A stretch of DNA of 64,000 nucleotides from Nitrospirota bacterium (GCA_963836175.1 CAWIIS010000008.1:1025862-1089861); one strand, 5' to 3'. Shown: positions 48,555-58,159, numbered from the stretch's first letter. Made by a program: numbers and translations. The notes: generated from the sequence alone by a model not told the origin.

Positions 48555-49055
48555 TCACTGCGCGTCCAGCCGCAAGAGAACCAGACCGCCTGCCTTCATG
48601 GTCGTTAACCTGAGCGTCAGGACAAGGACCTGTCCGGCATATTCCTGTTGCAGCATCGCCGGGACCGCGATCAGCGGTCCTCCGGTTTTTACAGTTCCGG
48701 CGACTGAACGCAAAATCCCGCAGCTTTCGCAGGGCAAGGCCCCACCGCATCCCTCAGGAAGGCGGGCATGGACGCACTCAATGACATTGCCCGTAAGATG
48801 CTGGATAATCTCCGCCGGCTCTTTGTTCAACCAGGTACAGGCGCTCCTGTTCACGACCCGGGTAATCATATGTTTTCCGGCATACAGTTCGACACCGAGG
48901 ACCGGAAATGATAAACTGTCCAGGTGCTTTTGGATCGGCCCGCCCGGCGGAAGGGAGAAATGCTCCGAACAGCAGCCACACAGATCGGTTTTGTCCCTGC
49001 CTTTATTTGTACCGATATCTGGTGAACACCATATACAAGCATACATCGTCGTCAT
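48555..49055 (-). CDS. Cys-rich protein: N-terminal zinc-ribbon-like CxxC...CxCC, PAS-like middle, C-x-H...GCG...CxxC cluster
   Basis: 166-aa intact ORF with 11 Cys residues. No confident family. Confidence 0.5.
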   Translation of the reverse strand: MTTMYACIWCSPDIGTNKGRDKTDLCGCCSEHFSLPPGGPIQKHLDSLSFPVLGVELYAGKHMITRVVNRSACTWLNKEPAEIIQHLTGNVIECVHARLPEGCGGALPCESCGILRSVAGTVKTGGPLIAVPAMLQQEYAGQVLVLTLRLTTMKAGGLVLLRLDAQ

Positions 49056-49088
49056 GTTCCGTCTTGCCAGGGACCTTTCTGCATACTT

Positions 49089-49910
49089 TCAAACGCTACC
49101 CTGCCGCAACACCAGCGAGATCGCCCCGGTACCGCACACGCCGCGGCATAACCCACAACCAAAGCATTTATGCAGATCAACGTGCGCATGGGAGTCACCG
49201 CTCTGACGGTGGCTGGTGATCGCCAGAAAATGGCATCGATCAGCGCAGAGCCCGCAGCCGGTACAAAGCGTTTCATCCACCCTCGCCACGAACTCGGCCC
49301 GCTCCATGGTCTCCACGCTGGTGCGGGACAGCGTCCTCATGGCAAGACAGTCGTCGGGAGAGCAGTTGCAGATCGCGCCGATGAAGGGCGTCATCATGGT
49401 CCAGATCGTATGGATCGAGCCCCCTGCTTCCATGGCAGTCATCTGCTCGATGGCCGCATCAGGAGAGAGGGATTCCAGACCCTCATCGGAAGCCTTGCCG
49501 AAATAACCCATGTCGATGCCCTGGTACCAGGCCTCGGGACCATAGCTGACCGCGTAACAGCAGCGCTCTTCCTTTTTCTCGATGTTCCACCGGCAGGCGC
49601 AGGGCATGCGCACCACGGTTTTGGCCTGGCGCACCACCTCGCTGATCTCTTCGATCGGCAGGACCTGGCCATAATGTTCGGCTTTTGCCTTCGTGACCAT
49701 GGCGGTTTTTACCGCTTCGGGCAGCTTGCCTTTTTTCCGGTAAATGGCCTCAAGCCGCCCCAGCGTCTGGAACCCTTCACTGAATGCCGAGGACAGGAAA
49801 TTCTCTATATACCGGCGCCGTTCAAGGTCGGACAGGAGGTCCTGAGCGTAGTTCCTGGCATTCTTGTACCAGATCTTTCCTTCACCGTGTTTTGTACAGA
49901 GGTCACACAT
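49089..49910 (-). CDS. Uncharacterised Fe-S protein with C-terminal 2x[4Fe-4S] ferredoxin domain
   Basis: CTGCGLCADRC and CFGCGLCRGVC at the C-terminus. There are additional N-terminal (CDLC) and central (CACR...CC, CNC...C) cysteines. Confidence 0.7.
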   Translation of the reverse strand: MCDLCTKHGEGKIWYKNARNYAQDLLSDLERRRYIENFLSSAFSEGFQTLGRLEAIYRKKGKLPEAVKTAMVTKAKAEHYGQVLPIEEISEVVRQAKTVVRMPCACRWNIEKKEERCCYAVSYGPEAWYQGIDMGYFGKASDEGLESLSPDAAIEQMTAMEAGGSIHTIWTMMTPFIGAICNCSPDDCLAMRTLSRTSVETMERAEFVARVDETLCTGCGLCADRCHFLAITSHRQSGDSHAHVDLHKCFGCGLCRGVCGTGAISLVLRQGSV

Positions 49911-50154
49911 GGCAGCGTCCGTTCAGGGTTCAATAACCGGCAAAAACAATATTCAGCGAACCTGTATGAAGTTACTACAGGAAATTATAAATGGCAAGAA
50001 AATATATTGGGGTGATCACGCTCTGGGCGCAATCCTGTCGATCCGAAACGACAAAAAAATGGGAGTGGGCCATTTCGGCACTCCCGGACGGAACCAATCA
50101 CGACAGGTGACAGTTGATCATGCAGCATTAAACAAGATCTGCATTGCACACCGA

Positions 50155-50340
50155 TCAATGTTGATGGCCTTCCATAACCTCAGCCTTCTTCTCTTTCTTC
50201 ATACCGTGGTGAGCGCCTCCGGCCGAAGCATCGTCGTGCAGCCGTTCCACATAGTGAGTAAAAATCACATAGGCTTCGACAAACTCCCGACCCGCCTCGA
50301 CATTTTTATCGGCATTAATTTTTGTTGTTTTAGCATGCAT
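50155..50340 (-). CDS. Small His-rich protein (61 aa)
   Basis: From the ATG at 50340: MHAKTTKINADKNVEAGREFVEAYVIFTHYVERLH...HHGMKKEKKAEVMEGHQH. The gene call is weak. Confidence 0.4.
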   Translation of the reverse strand: MHAKTTKINADKNVEAGREFVEAYVIFTHYVERLHDDASAGGAHHGMKKEKKAEVMEGHQH

Positions 50341-50382
50341 AAAGCGCTCGTGTATCCCTCTTGCCACGACCAACGGGAAAGC

Positions 50383-50571
50383 TCACCCTTTCCAACTGAT
50401 CGCCTGCACCGGGCAGGTGTCGATCGCCTCCTGGCAGTTACAGTTTCCGCATTTGTCAGGGCCGACGACGTTCGATTTATCATCGATCAGCTCAAACACC
50501 AGCGGACAAACCTCCACACAGTGTCCGCAGCCGATGCACAGGTCCTGATCCACAACTGGTTGTTTCGCCAT
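50383..50571 (-). CDS. Small [4Fe-4S]/[3Fe-4S] ferredoxin
   Basis: 62 aa with CIGCGHCVEVCP plus a distal C...CP. Confidence 0.88.
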   Translation of the reverse strand: MAKQPVVDQDLCIGCGHCVEVCPLVFELIDDKSNVVGPDKCGNCNCQEAIDTCPVQAISWKG

Positions 50572-50580
50572 AAGAACTCC

Positions 50581-51915
50581 TTATCCCGCTGTTTTCCTGG
50601 CCGGCCGGAGGGTCAGCAGGTCGGTGACCATGATCAGCACACCGATAAAGAAGCAGATCCCCAGGAAGAATGTAACGCCCAGCCAGAGCCGCATGTAGGA
50701 TTGCGCGACCATGTAACCCATGCCGAGCACGCGCTCGATATAGGACTGCACCACACCGGCGATGCCGAAGGAAATCCCCATGAGCATCATCGACGTGGAC
50801 ATGGTCCAGAACGCCACTTTTCCGCGCGAATCATCGTAAACCTCGATTCCCCTGATTTTCGGCATGGCGTAATAGAAGACCATGATATTCAGGAGCGCGT
50901 AGGCCCCGAAGAACGCCAGATGTCCGTGCGATACCGTGACCTGCGAGCCGTGAGTATAGTAGTTGATCTGCGGCAGCGTGTGCATAAAGCCCCATATCCC
51001 TGCGCCGATCATGTGCATCACCGCACAGCCGATCGCAATGGTCCAGGTGAGCGGATTGACGATCTTCGTTTCACGTTTCTTGACGTGGTTCATGGTGTCG
51101 ATGAGCATCAGAAGGATCGGAAGCGGTTCGAGGGCCGAAAATATCCCTCCGAACCAGAGCCAGTACTTGGGCGCGCCGATCCAGTAGTAATGATGGCCCG
51201 TCCCGACAATTCCGGTAAAAAGAAAAAGACCGATCTCGACGTACAACCACTTCTCGACAACCTGCCGGTCAACACCCGTCAGTTTCATCAGCACAAACGC
51301 GAAAATGGCCGCGGTGACGAGCTCCCAGGCGCCTTCCACCCAGAGATGGATGACCCACCACCAGTAGTACCAGTCAATGACCTCGTTCCGGTAGAACGGA
51401 ATTCCGAAGAGGTACAGGAGCGCCAGAAAGAGCAGCCCGCCGAGGAGGGTGCCCTGAATCACGGTCCAGCGTTTCGCCAGGTACATGGTCATCCCGACAT
51501 TGAAAAGGAATACCAGTGCGCCCACAACAACGACAAGATCGAGGGACGTGGGTATTTCCAGGAGCGGGCGACCCTGTGTCCAGCCGAATACAAAACCCAC
51601 GAGAGCAACGACTCCCGTAGCGACCAGGGCGACCAGTTGGAACCAGGCGAGCTTGGATGAATAGATCTCTGTCTTCGTCTCTTCGGGCACAATGTAATAC
51701 GTTCCTCCCATGAATCCGAGCAGCATCCAGAGCACAAGAAGGTTTGTATGCATGGCGCGCGAGGTGGCAAAGGAAAAATTATCCACGATCCACTGCGGAA
51801 CGGTAAAGCTGTAGCTGTATGCAAGCCAGAGTCCCATGACGACCTGGAGTGTGAACAGGAGCAGGGCAATGGCAAAATACCAGTAAGCTATTTTCTGTGA
51901 GCGGTATTCCATCAT
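50581..51915 (-). CDS. norB: Nitric oxide reductase large subunit (cNOR-type NorB)
   Basis: 444 aa with WWWVIHLWVEGAWEL and GTGHHYYWIGAPKYWLWFGGIFSALEPLP, near-identical in pattern to cNOR NorB. Confidence 0.9.
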   Translation of the reverse strand: MMEYRSQKIAYWYFAIALLLFTLQVVMGLWLAYSYSFTVPQWIVDNFSFATSRAMHTNLLVLWMLLGFMGGTYYIVPEETKTEIYSSKLAWFQLVALVATGVVALVGFVFGWTQGRPLLEIPTSLDLVVVVGALVFLFNVGMTMYLAKRWTVIQGTLLGGLLFLALLYLFGIPFYRNEVIDWYYWWWVIHLWVEGAWELVTAAIFAFVLMKLTGVDRQVVEKWLYVEIGLFLFTGIVGTGHHYYWIGAPKYWLWFGGIFSALEPLPILLMLIDTMNHVKKRETKIVNPLTWTIAIGCAVMHMIGAGIWGFMHTLPQINYYTHGSQVTVSHGHLAFFGAYALLNIMVFYYAMPKIRGIEVYDDSRGKVAFWTMSTSMMLMGISFGIAGVVQSYIERVLGMGYMVAQSYMRLWLGVTFFLGICFFIGVLIMVTDLLTLRPARKTAG

Positions 51916-51921
51916 ATCCTC

Positions 51922-52623
51922 CTATTTTAAGTTCGCCAGGAACCCTGCGACCTCTTCCAATTCTTTTTCGGAGAGTGTCGTCTGGGCCGGCATCATGGCT
52001 TTGGGGTTTACTGCCTTGGGGTCCCGGATATAGTGTTCTATCTGCTCGAGGTTCAGCTTCCGGCCGATCGTATCCAGTGCCGGACCCGAGGTCCCCCCGG
52101 TACCGTGCAAGGCATGACAGTTCATGCATCCCCGAGATTGAAAAACCGCGGCGCCCGGCGACACTCCCACGCCCGCTACCATCCGCTCTTCGCCGCGGGA
52201 GAGGCGCTTTTTGCTGTCTTGCGGAGGCCAGTCTCCATTCTCGATGTTCCCGACCCAGGTGAAGAACGCAATGAGATTGTCGATCTCTGCATCGGTAATT
52301 TTCAGGTTCGGCATCTTTCTCCAGGAACTGGCGAATGCCGTCTCCGGACTTTTCACGCGAAACCTGATGCCGTCCTCGCCGATGCGCTGGACGACCTTGG
52401 TGAGATCCGGCGCATAATACGCGCCGAATCCCAGTATGGTGTGGCAGTCATTGCAGTTATACTTTTCGAACGTTCTTTTCCCCTCGACGACTTTGTCGGA
52501 CAGTTTGTCCACATGGGACAGAGTCTCGATCTGGCGATGGGTGTCCCACGTCAGCCACAGGAACATAACTGCCGAGGATACCGTTCCGATGAAAAAAATC
52601 CAGAAAGCCCTTTTCTTTGTCAT
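51922..52623 (-). CDS. norC: Nitric oxide reductase small subunit NorC fused to an extra C-terminal monoheme cytochrome c domain
   Basis: An AGGAGG RBS precedes the ATG at 52623. A TM anchor and CNDCHTILGFGAYYAPDL make the NorC part, followed by a second domain CMNCHALHGTGG...MMP. Confidence 0.85.
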   Translation of the reverse strand: MTKKRAFWIFFIGTVSSAVMFLWLTWDTHRQIETLSHVDKLSDKVVEGKRTFEKYNCNDCHTILGFGAYYAPDLTKVVQRIGEDGIRFRVKSPETAFASSWRKMPNLKITDAEIDNLIAFFTWVGNIENGDWPPQDSKKRLSRGEERMVAGVGVSPGAAVFQSRGCMNCHALHGTGGTSGPALDTIGRKLNLEQIEHYIRDPKAVNPKAMMPAQTTLSEKELEEVAGFLANLK

Positions 52624-52763
52624 TCCGCTCCTCCTTAGTCTTACTTGGCAACTTTGTGTGTATGATTTATTCACTCTATCAAAAAATCAGATACGGTGCG
52701 AATGTCTAAACTATAACACAGCTAAAGGATGTTCATCGGGTATAGTTTTATCTTAAAAACATC

Positions 52764-52903
52764 TTTTGGCACTGATTAAATTGATAAAAGTCGGATAACG
52801 ACAGATTTTTTCCTGATACAGGTTTCACCCAATAGATGAGTGCGTTGTTTATGATTTATCCGCTTTTATCCGTTGTTAATCCGCTCCTTCCGTGTCCAAA
52901 TGT
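52764..52903. repeat. Palindromic intergenic element, copy B (same family as 38636-38746)
   Basis: The left part TTTTGGCACTGATTAAATTGATAAAAGTCGGATAACGACAGATTTTTT aligns with the left half of copy A. The right part ATTTATCCGCTTTTATCCGTTGTTAATCCGCTCCTTCCGTGTCCAAATG aligns with the right end of copy A. Confidence 0.7.
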
Positions 52904-52921
52904 TTTTTTAAAGTTTATATA

Positions 52922-54045
52922 TTATCCCAACCGTTTCCGGAACCGAAGCGAACTGAACGTGATCACGACAATGCCGATCACCAGGAGCCCCGCCATCTGC
53001 GGCCAGAGGATGCTGATGCCGTTCCCTTTCAGGAAGATCCCCCGAATGATGACCAGAAAATACCTGAGCGGGTTCGCGTAGGTTACATACTGGAACACTG
53101 CTGGCATGTTTTCGATGGGGAACATGAAACCCGACAGCAGCACCGCGGGCATGTAAAAGAGAAATGTGGCCATCATGGCCTGTTGCAGCGTTTTTGCGAC
53201 GGTGGAGATGAAAAGGCCGATCCCGAGGACGGACAGGAGGTAGATAGCGGTGCGAAAGCAGGAGGAGCAGGAGCGATCCGTTGATCGGGATATCGAAAGG
53301 TCAAGGACGCCGAAGACGGTGACCAGGACCATATCGAAAAACGCGATCATGGCAAAAGGGATCGTCTTGCCCAGGATCAGTTCAGCGGGCCTGAGCGGCG
53401 TGACCATGAGCTGCTCCATGGTCCCGATCTCCCGCTCCCGCACGATGGCCATGGAGGTGAGCAGGAGCGAAGTGAGCATGATCACCATGGCGATGACACC
53501 GGGCACGTTGTAGTTCTTGCTCTTGAGCTCCGGGATTGTACCATGCGCGCTGGATCGCACGATCGAGCCGCTGGCGGAATGATTGCGCCGGACAGATCCC
53601 GTCCGTATTTCTGGATGATCCGGTTCGCGTAATCCAGGGCGACGATGCCGGTGTTCGAGTCGGTTCCGTCCACGAGGACCTGGATGGCCGTCGGGCTTGT
53701 GCTTCTTCAGGTCTGCGGAGAATCCCCGGTTGATCTGGAGCGCCAGGGTGATGGTCGACCGGTCGAGCAGCTCCTGGAGCTCGGGAGGTGGAATCAGCGC
53801 TGATATTGAACATCGAAGTATCCGGAAGCGGAAAACCGCCGGACGAGTTCCCGGCTCTCAGTAGGACCGGTCAAGATCGTACACCGCGGTCGGGAATTGT
53901 TCACGTCCATGGTGACCGCATAGCCGAACACCAGCGTCTGCATCAGCGGGACGACGAAAACGATCGCCTTCATCCGCTTGTCGCGGAAGATCTGGATGAA
54001 TTCCTTGAGCACCATCTGTTTGATGCGTTCAATACTTTTTCGCAT
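52922..54045 (-). CDS. ABC-2 type permease (YbhR/YbhS-like), several frame breaks
   Basis: N-terminus MRKSIERIKQMVLKEFIQIFRDKR. The conserved ABC-2 membrane region REREIGTMEQLMVTP... follows in other frames. The fragments are 53794-54045, 53482-53673 and 52922-53560. Confidence 0.8.
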
Positions 54046-54055
54046 CGCTTTCCTA

Positions 54056-54083
54056 GACTCCCAACTCCTAACTCCGAACGCTC
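54056..54083. repeat. Tandem heptanucleotide array (GACTCCC AACTCCT AACTCCG AACGCTC) between the two permease genes
   Basis: The 7-bp periodicity was read directly from the sequence. Confidence 0.7.
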
Positions 54084-54100
54084 CTGTCTTCCCTGCTATC

Positions 54101-55208
54101 CTATTTTCTTTTTAAACTTCCTGTTTGCGCAACGAAGGTAATGATTCCGAAGACCAGCAGAAATACCGCGTCGGCAACAGGATCCGTAAAGGGCTGCCCT
54201 TCAGGAAGAAGCCCTTGAGCATGGCGACAAAATATCGCGCCGGGACGATCTGCGTGACCATCTGGAGCGACCGGCGGCATGTTCGAGATGGCGAACATGA
54301 AGCCCGAGAGCAGGAACGCCGGGAGAAAGGTCGCCACCATCGAGATCTGGCTCGCAACGAGCTGGGATTTTGTCACGATGGAGATGAGGATCCCGAGGCC
54401 CAGCCCGCCGAAGAGGAACACCGCCGAGATCACGGCAAGAAGGGCCACATTCCCCCGGAGCGGCACCTCAAACAGGAACATCGCCATGACCACGGTGATC
54501 GCCATATCCAAGTAACCGATCAGAAAATACGGGATCAGCTTTCCGAGGACAAGCTCCGGAGGTTTCACGGGCGTGGCGATAAGCTGTTCCATGGTCCCCC
54601 GCTCCCACTCCCGCGCGACTGTAGAGCGACGTGAGAAGCGCCGCGATCACCATCATGATCACCGCGATGAGGCCGGGGATGATGAAGTTCCGGGACTTGA
54701 GTTCCGGATTGTACCAGACCCGGATCCGGGTATCGATGCCTGGCGCGGCCTTGTCTCCGCTCAACTTCAGGGAATAGAGCTCCGTAAGCGCGGTAAGATA
54801 CCCGAGCGCGATGGTCGCGGTATTCGAGTCGCTCCCGTCCACGATGATCTGCAGCTGCGCCGTGCGTCCGGCGTGCATGTCCCGGGAAAAATCAGCGGGA
54901 ATGGATCAGTGCGACGCGCGCCTTGCCTTTATCGAGATAGCTGTCGATCTCCTGCTGCTGTCTCGGCGCGCCGCACGACCGTAAAATACCCGGAAGCGGT
55001 AAGTTCAGCGATGAAGTTCCCGGCTCATGCTGCTCCGGTCCTGGTCGTACACGATCGTCGTGATATTATTCACGTCGAGCGTGATGGCGTATCCGAAGAT
55101 GATCAGAAGAAGCGCCGGCATCAGAAACGCCATGGCAAGGCTCAACGGATCGCGCCGGATCTGGAGCATCTCTTTTTTCGCAATGGCTTTGATGCGGAGA
55201 AGTTTCAT
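54101..55208 (-). CDS. ABC-2 type permease (YbhS/YbhR-like), several frame breaks
   Basis: N-terminus MKLLRIKAIAKKEMLQIRRDP, then ...EQLIATPVKPPELVLGKLIPYF... in other frames. The fragments are 55005-55223, 54468-54878 and 54101-54592. Confidence 0.8.
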
Positions 55209-55215
55209 AGCATCA

Positions 55216-55318
55216 ATCTCCAAATCTCAAGCACCAAATAACAAATAAATTCCAATTTCCAAGCACCAAAGTTCAAACAAGCACCAATATTCAAGACGTT
55301 TTAAACACTGGTGCTTTC
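55216..55318. repeat. A/C-rich low-complexity array with three direct AGCACCAA(A/T) copies and one inverted copy
   Basis: AGCACCAAA occurs at 55230 and 55262, AGCACCAAT at 55280, and the complementary TGGTGCTT near 55309-55316. It lies between a permease gene and an ATPase gene. Confidence 0.65.
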
Positions 55319-56245
55319 TACGCCTTTTCAATCAGCGTCACGAACACATCTTCCAAGGAAGGAACGATTTTTCGATTCTGTTTACCGAGACAGAAGATTC
55401 GTCCAGGATCTTCCAGATCCGTGGTATGGCGTTTTTCGCGTTCTCCACCGTAGCATGGAGCACGCTGCCGAATATCGCGGTCTCGATCCCCTGTTCGATC
55501 AAGAGCTTCCATGGCTGAGACGAGCGGTTCCGCTTCAATTTCGAGAACGTCGCGCGACATGAACTCCTTGCGCAGCTGATTCGGCGTCCCTGCAGCAATG
55601 ATCTTGCCCCGGTAAATAAGAGCAAGCCGGTCGCAATAGTCGGCCTCATCCATATAATGGGTCGTGACAAACACCGTGGTCCCGCCTTTTGCCATCTCAT
55701 GGATCAGATTCCAGAAGTTCCTGCGTGATATCGGGTCCACGCCGGAGGTGGGCTCATCAAGGAACAGTATCGACGGCTCATGCAGAATGGCGCAGCCCAG
55801 GGCAAGCCGCTGTTTGAAACCGCCCGGCAAGGTCCGCGTGGTGCGTACTCCTCTTGTCCTGAAGTCCCGCCATTTCCAGGACCCATTCCTTGCGTTCCGT
55901 TTTCTTTAGTTCGGAGACACTGTAGATGCCGCTATAGAAGTTGATATTCTCCTCGACCGTCAGATCGTCGTAGAGAGAGAATTTCTGCGACATGTAGCCG
56001 ATGTTCTGCTTGATCTCTTCGGACTGGGTAATGATATCGTAACCGCCCACAGTCCCGGTCCCTGACGTAGGCAAGATCAGTCCGCAGAGCATGCGGATCG
56101 TCGTGGACTTGCCGGCGCCGTTCGGTCCGAGGAATCCGAAGATCTCCCCTTTTGCGACAGTGAGGTCAATGTGATCAACGGCCGTGAAGTCGCCGAAGGT
56201 GCGGGTGAGGTTATCTATTTTGACGGCGATGTGGTTATTCTTCAT
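55318..56245 (-). CDS. ABC transporter ATP-binding protein (second ATPase of a split YbhF-like pair), one frame break near 55800-55830
   Basis: Walker [10 protein letters not shown] is in the N-fragment; signature/Walker [32 protein letters not shown] is in the C-fragment. Confidence 0.85.
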
Positions 56246-56282
56246 ATGCTCACTCGAAGATCACCCTCCTCACCCTCCCCAA

Positions 56283-56333
56283 CCCCTCCCATCGAGGGAG
56301 GGGCTACATAACAATCTCCCACCCTTGTGGGAG
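56283..56333. repeat. Two GC-rich CCCTCCC/GGGAGGG hairpins between the two ABC ATPase genes
   Basis: CCCCTCCC-ATCGA-GGGAGGGG (56283-56303) and CTCCCAC-CCTT-GTGGGAG (56316-56333), preceded by a C-rich tract. Confidence 0.75.
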
Positions 56334-56336
56334 GGA

Positions 56337-57269
56337 TTAAGGGAGGGGAGCCTGCTTCTCCACCATCGCAATAAACACGTCCTCCAAAGATGGGAGGATA
56401 TCCCGGTAATCTTTTACGTCGATACCGAGGCGTTTCAGGTTGGCGATGATCTCGGCAGCCGGCACTTTTTTCTCAACCGTAATATGCAGCCGGTCCCCAT
56501 ACAAGCTCACACCGGCCACTCCTCCCAGATTTTTTACGAGATCGATGGAGGAACGCGCATTGTCCGACCAAATCTCTATCATTGGCTGATGAAGAGAGCT
56601 TCTGACGTTCTTCGGCACATCCTCGATCAGTATCTTCCCTTTGTGCATCAAGCCGATCCTGGTGCACCGCTCCGCTTCATCAAGATAGGCCGTCGAAACC
56701 ATGATCGTAACCCCCTCCTTGAGAAGACCATACAGGATCTTCCAGAAGTCCCTGCGAGAAACCGGGTCAACACCGTTTGTGGGCTCATCCAGGAACAGCA
56801 CCTCGGGAGTGTGGATCAGCGCGCAGGCGAGGCCGAGCTTCTGCTTCATCCCGCCCGAGAGCTTGCCGGCCAATCTATCTTTGAACGGCGTCAGGTTGCT
56901 GAACCCGAGCAGCCGCTCTATACGATCAGGCCGTTCTTTCCCGGGCACTTCATAGATATCGGCATAGAAGAAGATGTTCTCCATGACGGTCAGGTCTTCA
57001 TACAGGCCGAACCGCTGGGACATATACCCGATCTTTTCCTTGATCAACTCGCCTTCCGAAAGAATTGAGTGTCCCGCAACCGAAGCGTCACCCGACGTCG
57101 TGTCCATGATGGCCGTGAGAAGCCTCATCGTCGTCGTCTTCCCCGCTCCGTCGGGTCCCACAAGTCCGTAGAGCTCGCCTTTTCGTATGTCGAGATTCAG
57201 ACGATCAACAGCAACATTAGCGCCAAAGGATTTAGTGAGATTTACTGTTTTGATCATCCCTTCTTCCAT
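56337..57269 (-). CDS. ABC transporter ATP-binding protein (first ATPase of the pair)
   Basis: Walker A GPDGAGKTT, signature LSGGMKQKL and Walker B VLFLDEPTNGVDP. 310 aa and intact. Confidence 0.9.
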   Translation of the reverse strand: MEEGMIKTVNLTKSFGANVAVDRLNLDIRKGELYGLVGPDGAGKTTTMRLLTAIMDTTSGDASVAGHSILSEGELIKEKIGYMSQRFGLYEDLTVMENIFFYADIYEVPGKERPDRIERLLGFSNLTPFKDRLAGKLSGGMKQKLGLACALIHTPEVLFLDEPTNGVDPVSRRDFWKILYGLLKEGVTIMVSTAYLDEAERCTRIGLMHKGKILIEDVPKNVRSSLHQPMIEIWSDNARSSIDLVKNLGGVAGVSLYGDRLHITVEKKVPAAEIIANLKRLGIDVKDYRDILPSLEDVFIAMVEKQAPLP

Positions 57270-57288
57270 GTACTGTATTGTCCTCTGT

Positions 57289-57320
57289 ACTCCAAACTCC
57301 GAACTCAGAACTCCGAACTG
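57289..57320. repeat. Tandem heptanucleotide array (ACTCCAA ACTCCGA ACTCAGA ACTCCGA ACTG) spanning the HlyD-gene stop codon
   Basis: The 7-bp periodicity was read directly. The last HlyD codons (..NSSEF-stop at 57305-57307) lie inside the array. Confidence 0.8.
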
Positions 57321-58147
57321 TTCTTAAGCAGTATCTTCACATCAGCCGGCATGCCTGGCTTCAACTCATCATTCTCGTTCTGGACGCTGACCTTTACGCC
57401 GAAGACAAGTTTCACCCGTTCTTCCTGGGTTTGCACCGCTTTTGGCGTGAATTCCGCTTCCGAAGCAATGAACGTGACCGAACCTGAATACTTTTTATCC
57501 GGATAGGTGTCAGTTTTGACCTCGACCTTTTGTCCCAGCTTCGCGAATCCGAGTTTATCCTCTTTCACGTACACTTTTACCCACGGTTTTTCCAGATCTC
57601 CGATCGTTATGACAGGAATTCCCGAGGACACGATTTCACCCTCTTCCACATTCTTATTGAGCACGATACCCGAAATGGGGGCATAAATTACCGTATCGCT
57701 TAACTTTACGTCGGCATTCCTGAGCGCGGCTCTCGCTTGCCGCACCTGTGCAAACGCCATATCATACGCAATTCTCGCGTTATCCATCTGTTGTTGGGAA
57801 ATGGCTTCCTCTTTATTGAGTTTCACCGCCCGATCATAGTCTCTCTTTGCCTTATCAAGCTGCGCAGTCACATTCTGAAGCGCAGCCCTGCTCTGCGCTA
57901 GCTGAGCCCCATATTCCGCGTCATCGAGCACGGCAAGCTTATCTCCTTTTTTCACTGAGCGCCCTTCATCGGTAAACAACGCCTGAACTTTTCCGGGAAG
58001 CCTGAACCCCACATTCACCTCGGTCACCTCCACGCTTCCCGACAATACCAGAGCGTCTTGTTCCGGAGAATGTGCGAAGCGATAGACCAGCGCGGCGGCA
58101 ATGGCCGCTACGAGAAGAATCCCCACGACAATCAATCTCTTTTTCAT
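57305..58147 (-). CDS. HlyD-family membrane fusion/adaptor protein (YbhG-like)
   Basis: An N-terminal TM, a coiled-coil segment, a lipoyl-like hairpin (GDKLAVLDD...) and a beta-barrel. Confidence 0.88.
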   Translation of the reverse strand: MKKRLIVVGILLVAAIAAALVYRFAHSPEQDALVLSGSVEVTEVNVGFRLPGKVQALFTDEGRSVKKGDKLAVLDDAEYGAQLAQSRAALQNVTAQLDKAKRDYDRAVKLNKEEAISQQQMDNARIAYDMAFAQVRQARAALRNADVKLSDTVIYAPISGIVLNKNVEEGEIVSSGIPVITIGDLEKPWVKVYVKEDKLGFAKLGQKVEVKTDTYPDKKYSGSVTFIASEAEFTPKAVQTQEERVKLVFGVKVSVQNENDELKPGMPADVKILLKNSSEF

Positions 58148-58159
58148 TTCACTGCCCCC

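Noticed and set aside
49864-51660. A 598-aa plus-strand ORF overlapping norB, the ferredoxin gene and the His-rich ORF.
   Set aside because: It is antisense to clearly conserved norB and has a biased Arg/His/Asp composition. It is a typical GC-third-position shadow frame.
16197-57320. The short tandem repeats as a CRISPR array.
   Set aside because: The units are only 7 bp and directly abutting with no spacers. The arrays are 25-35 bp long and scattered, and there are no cas genes in the window.
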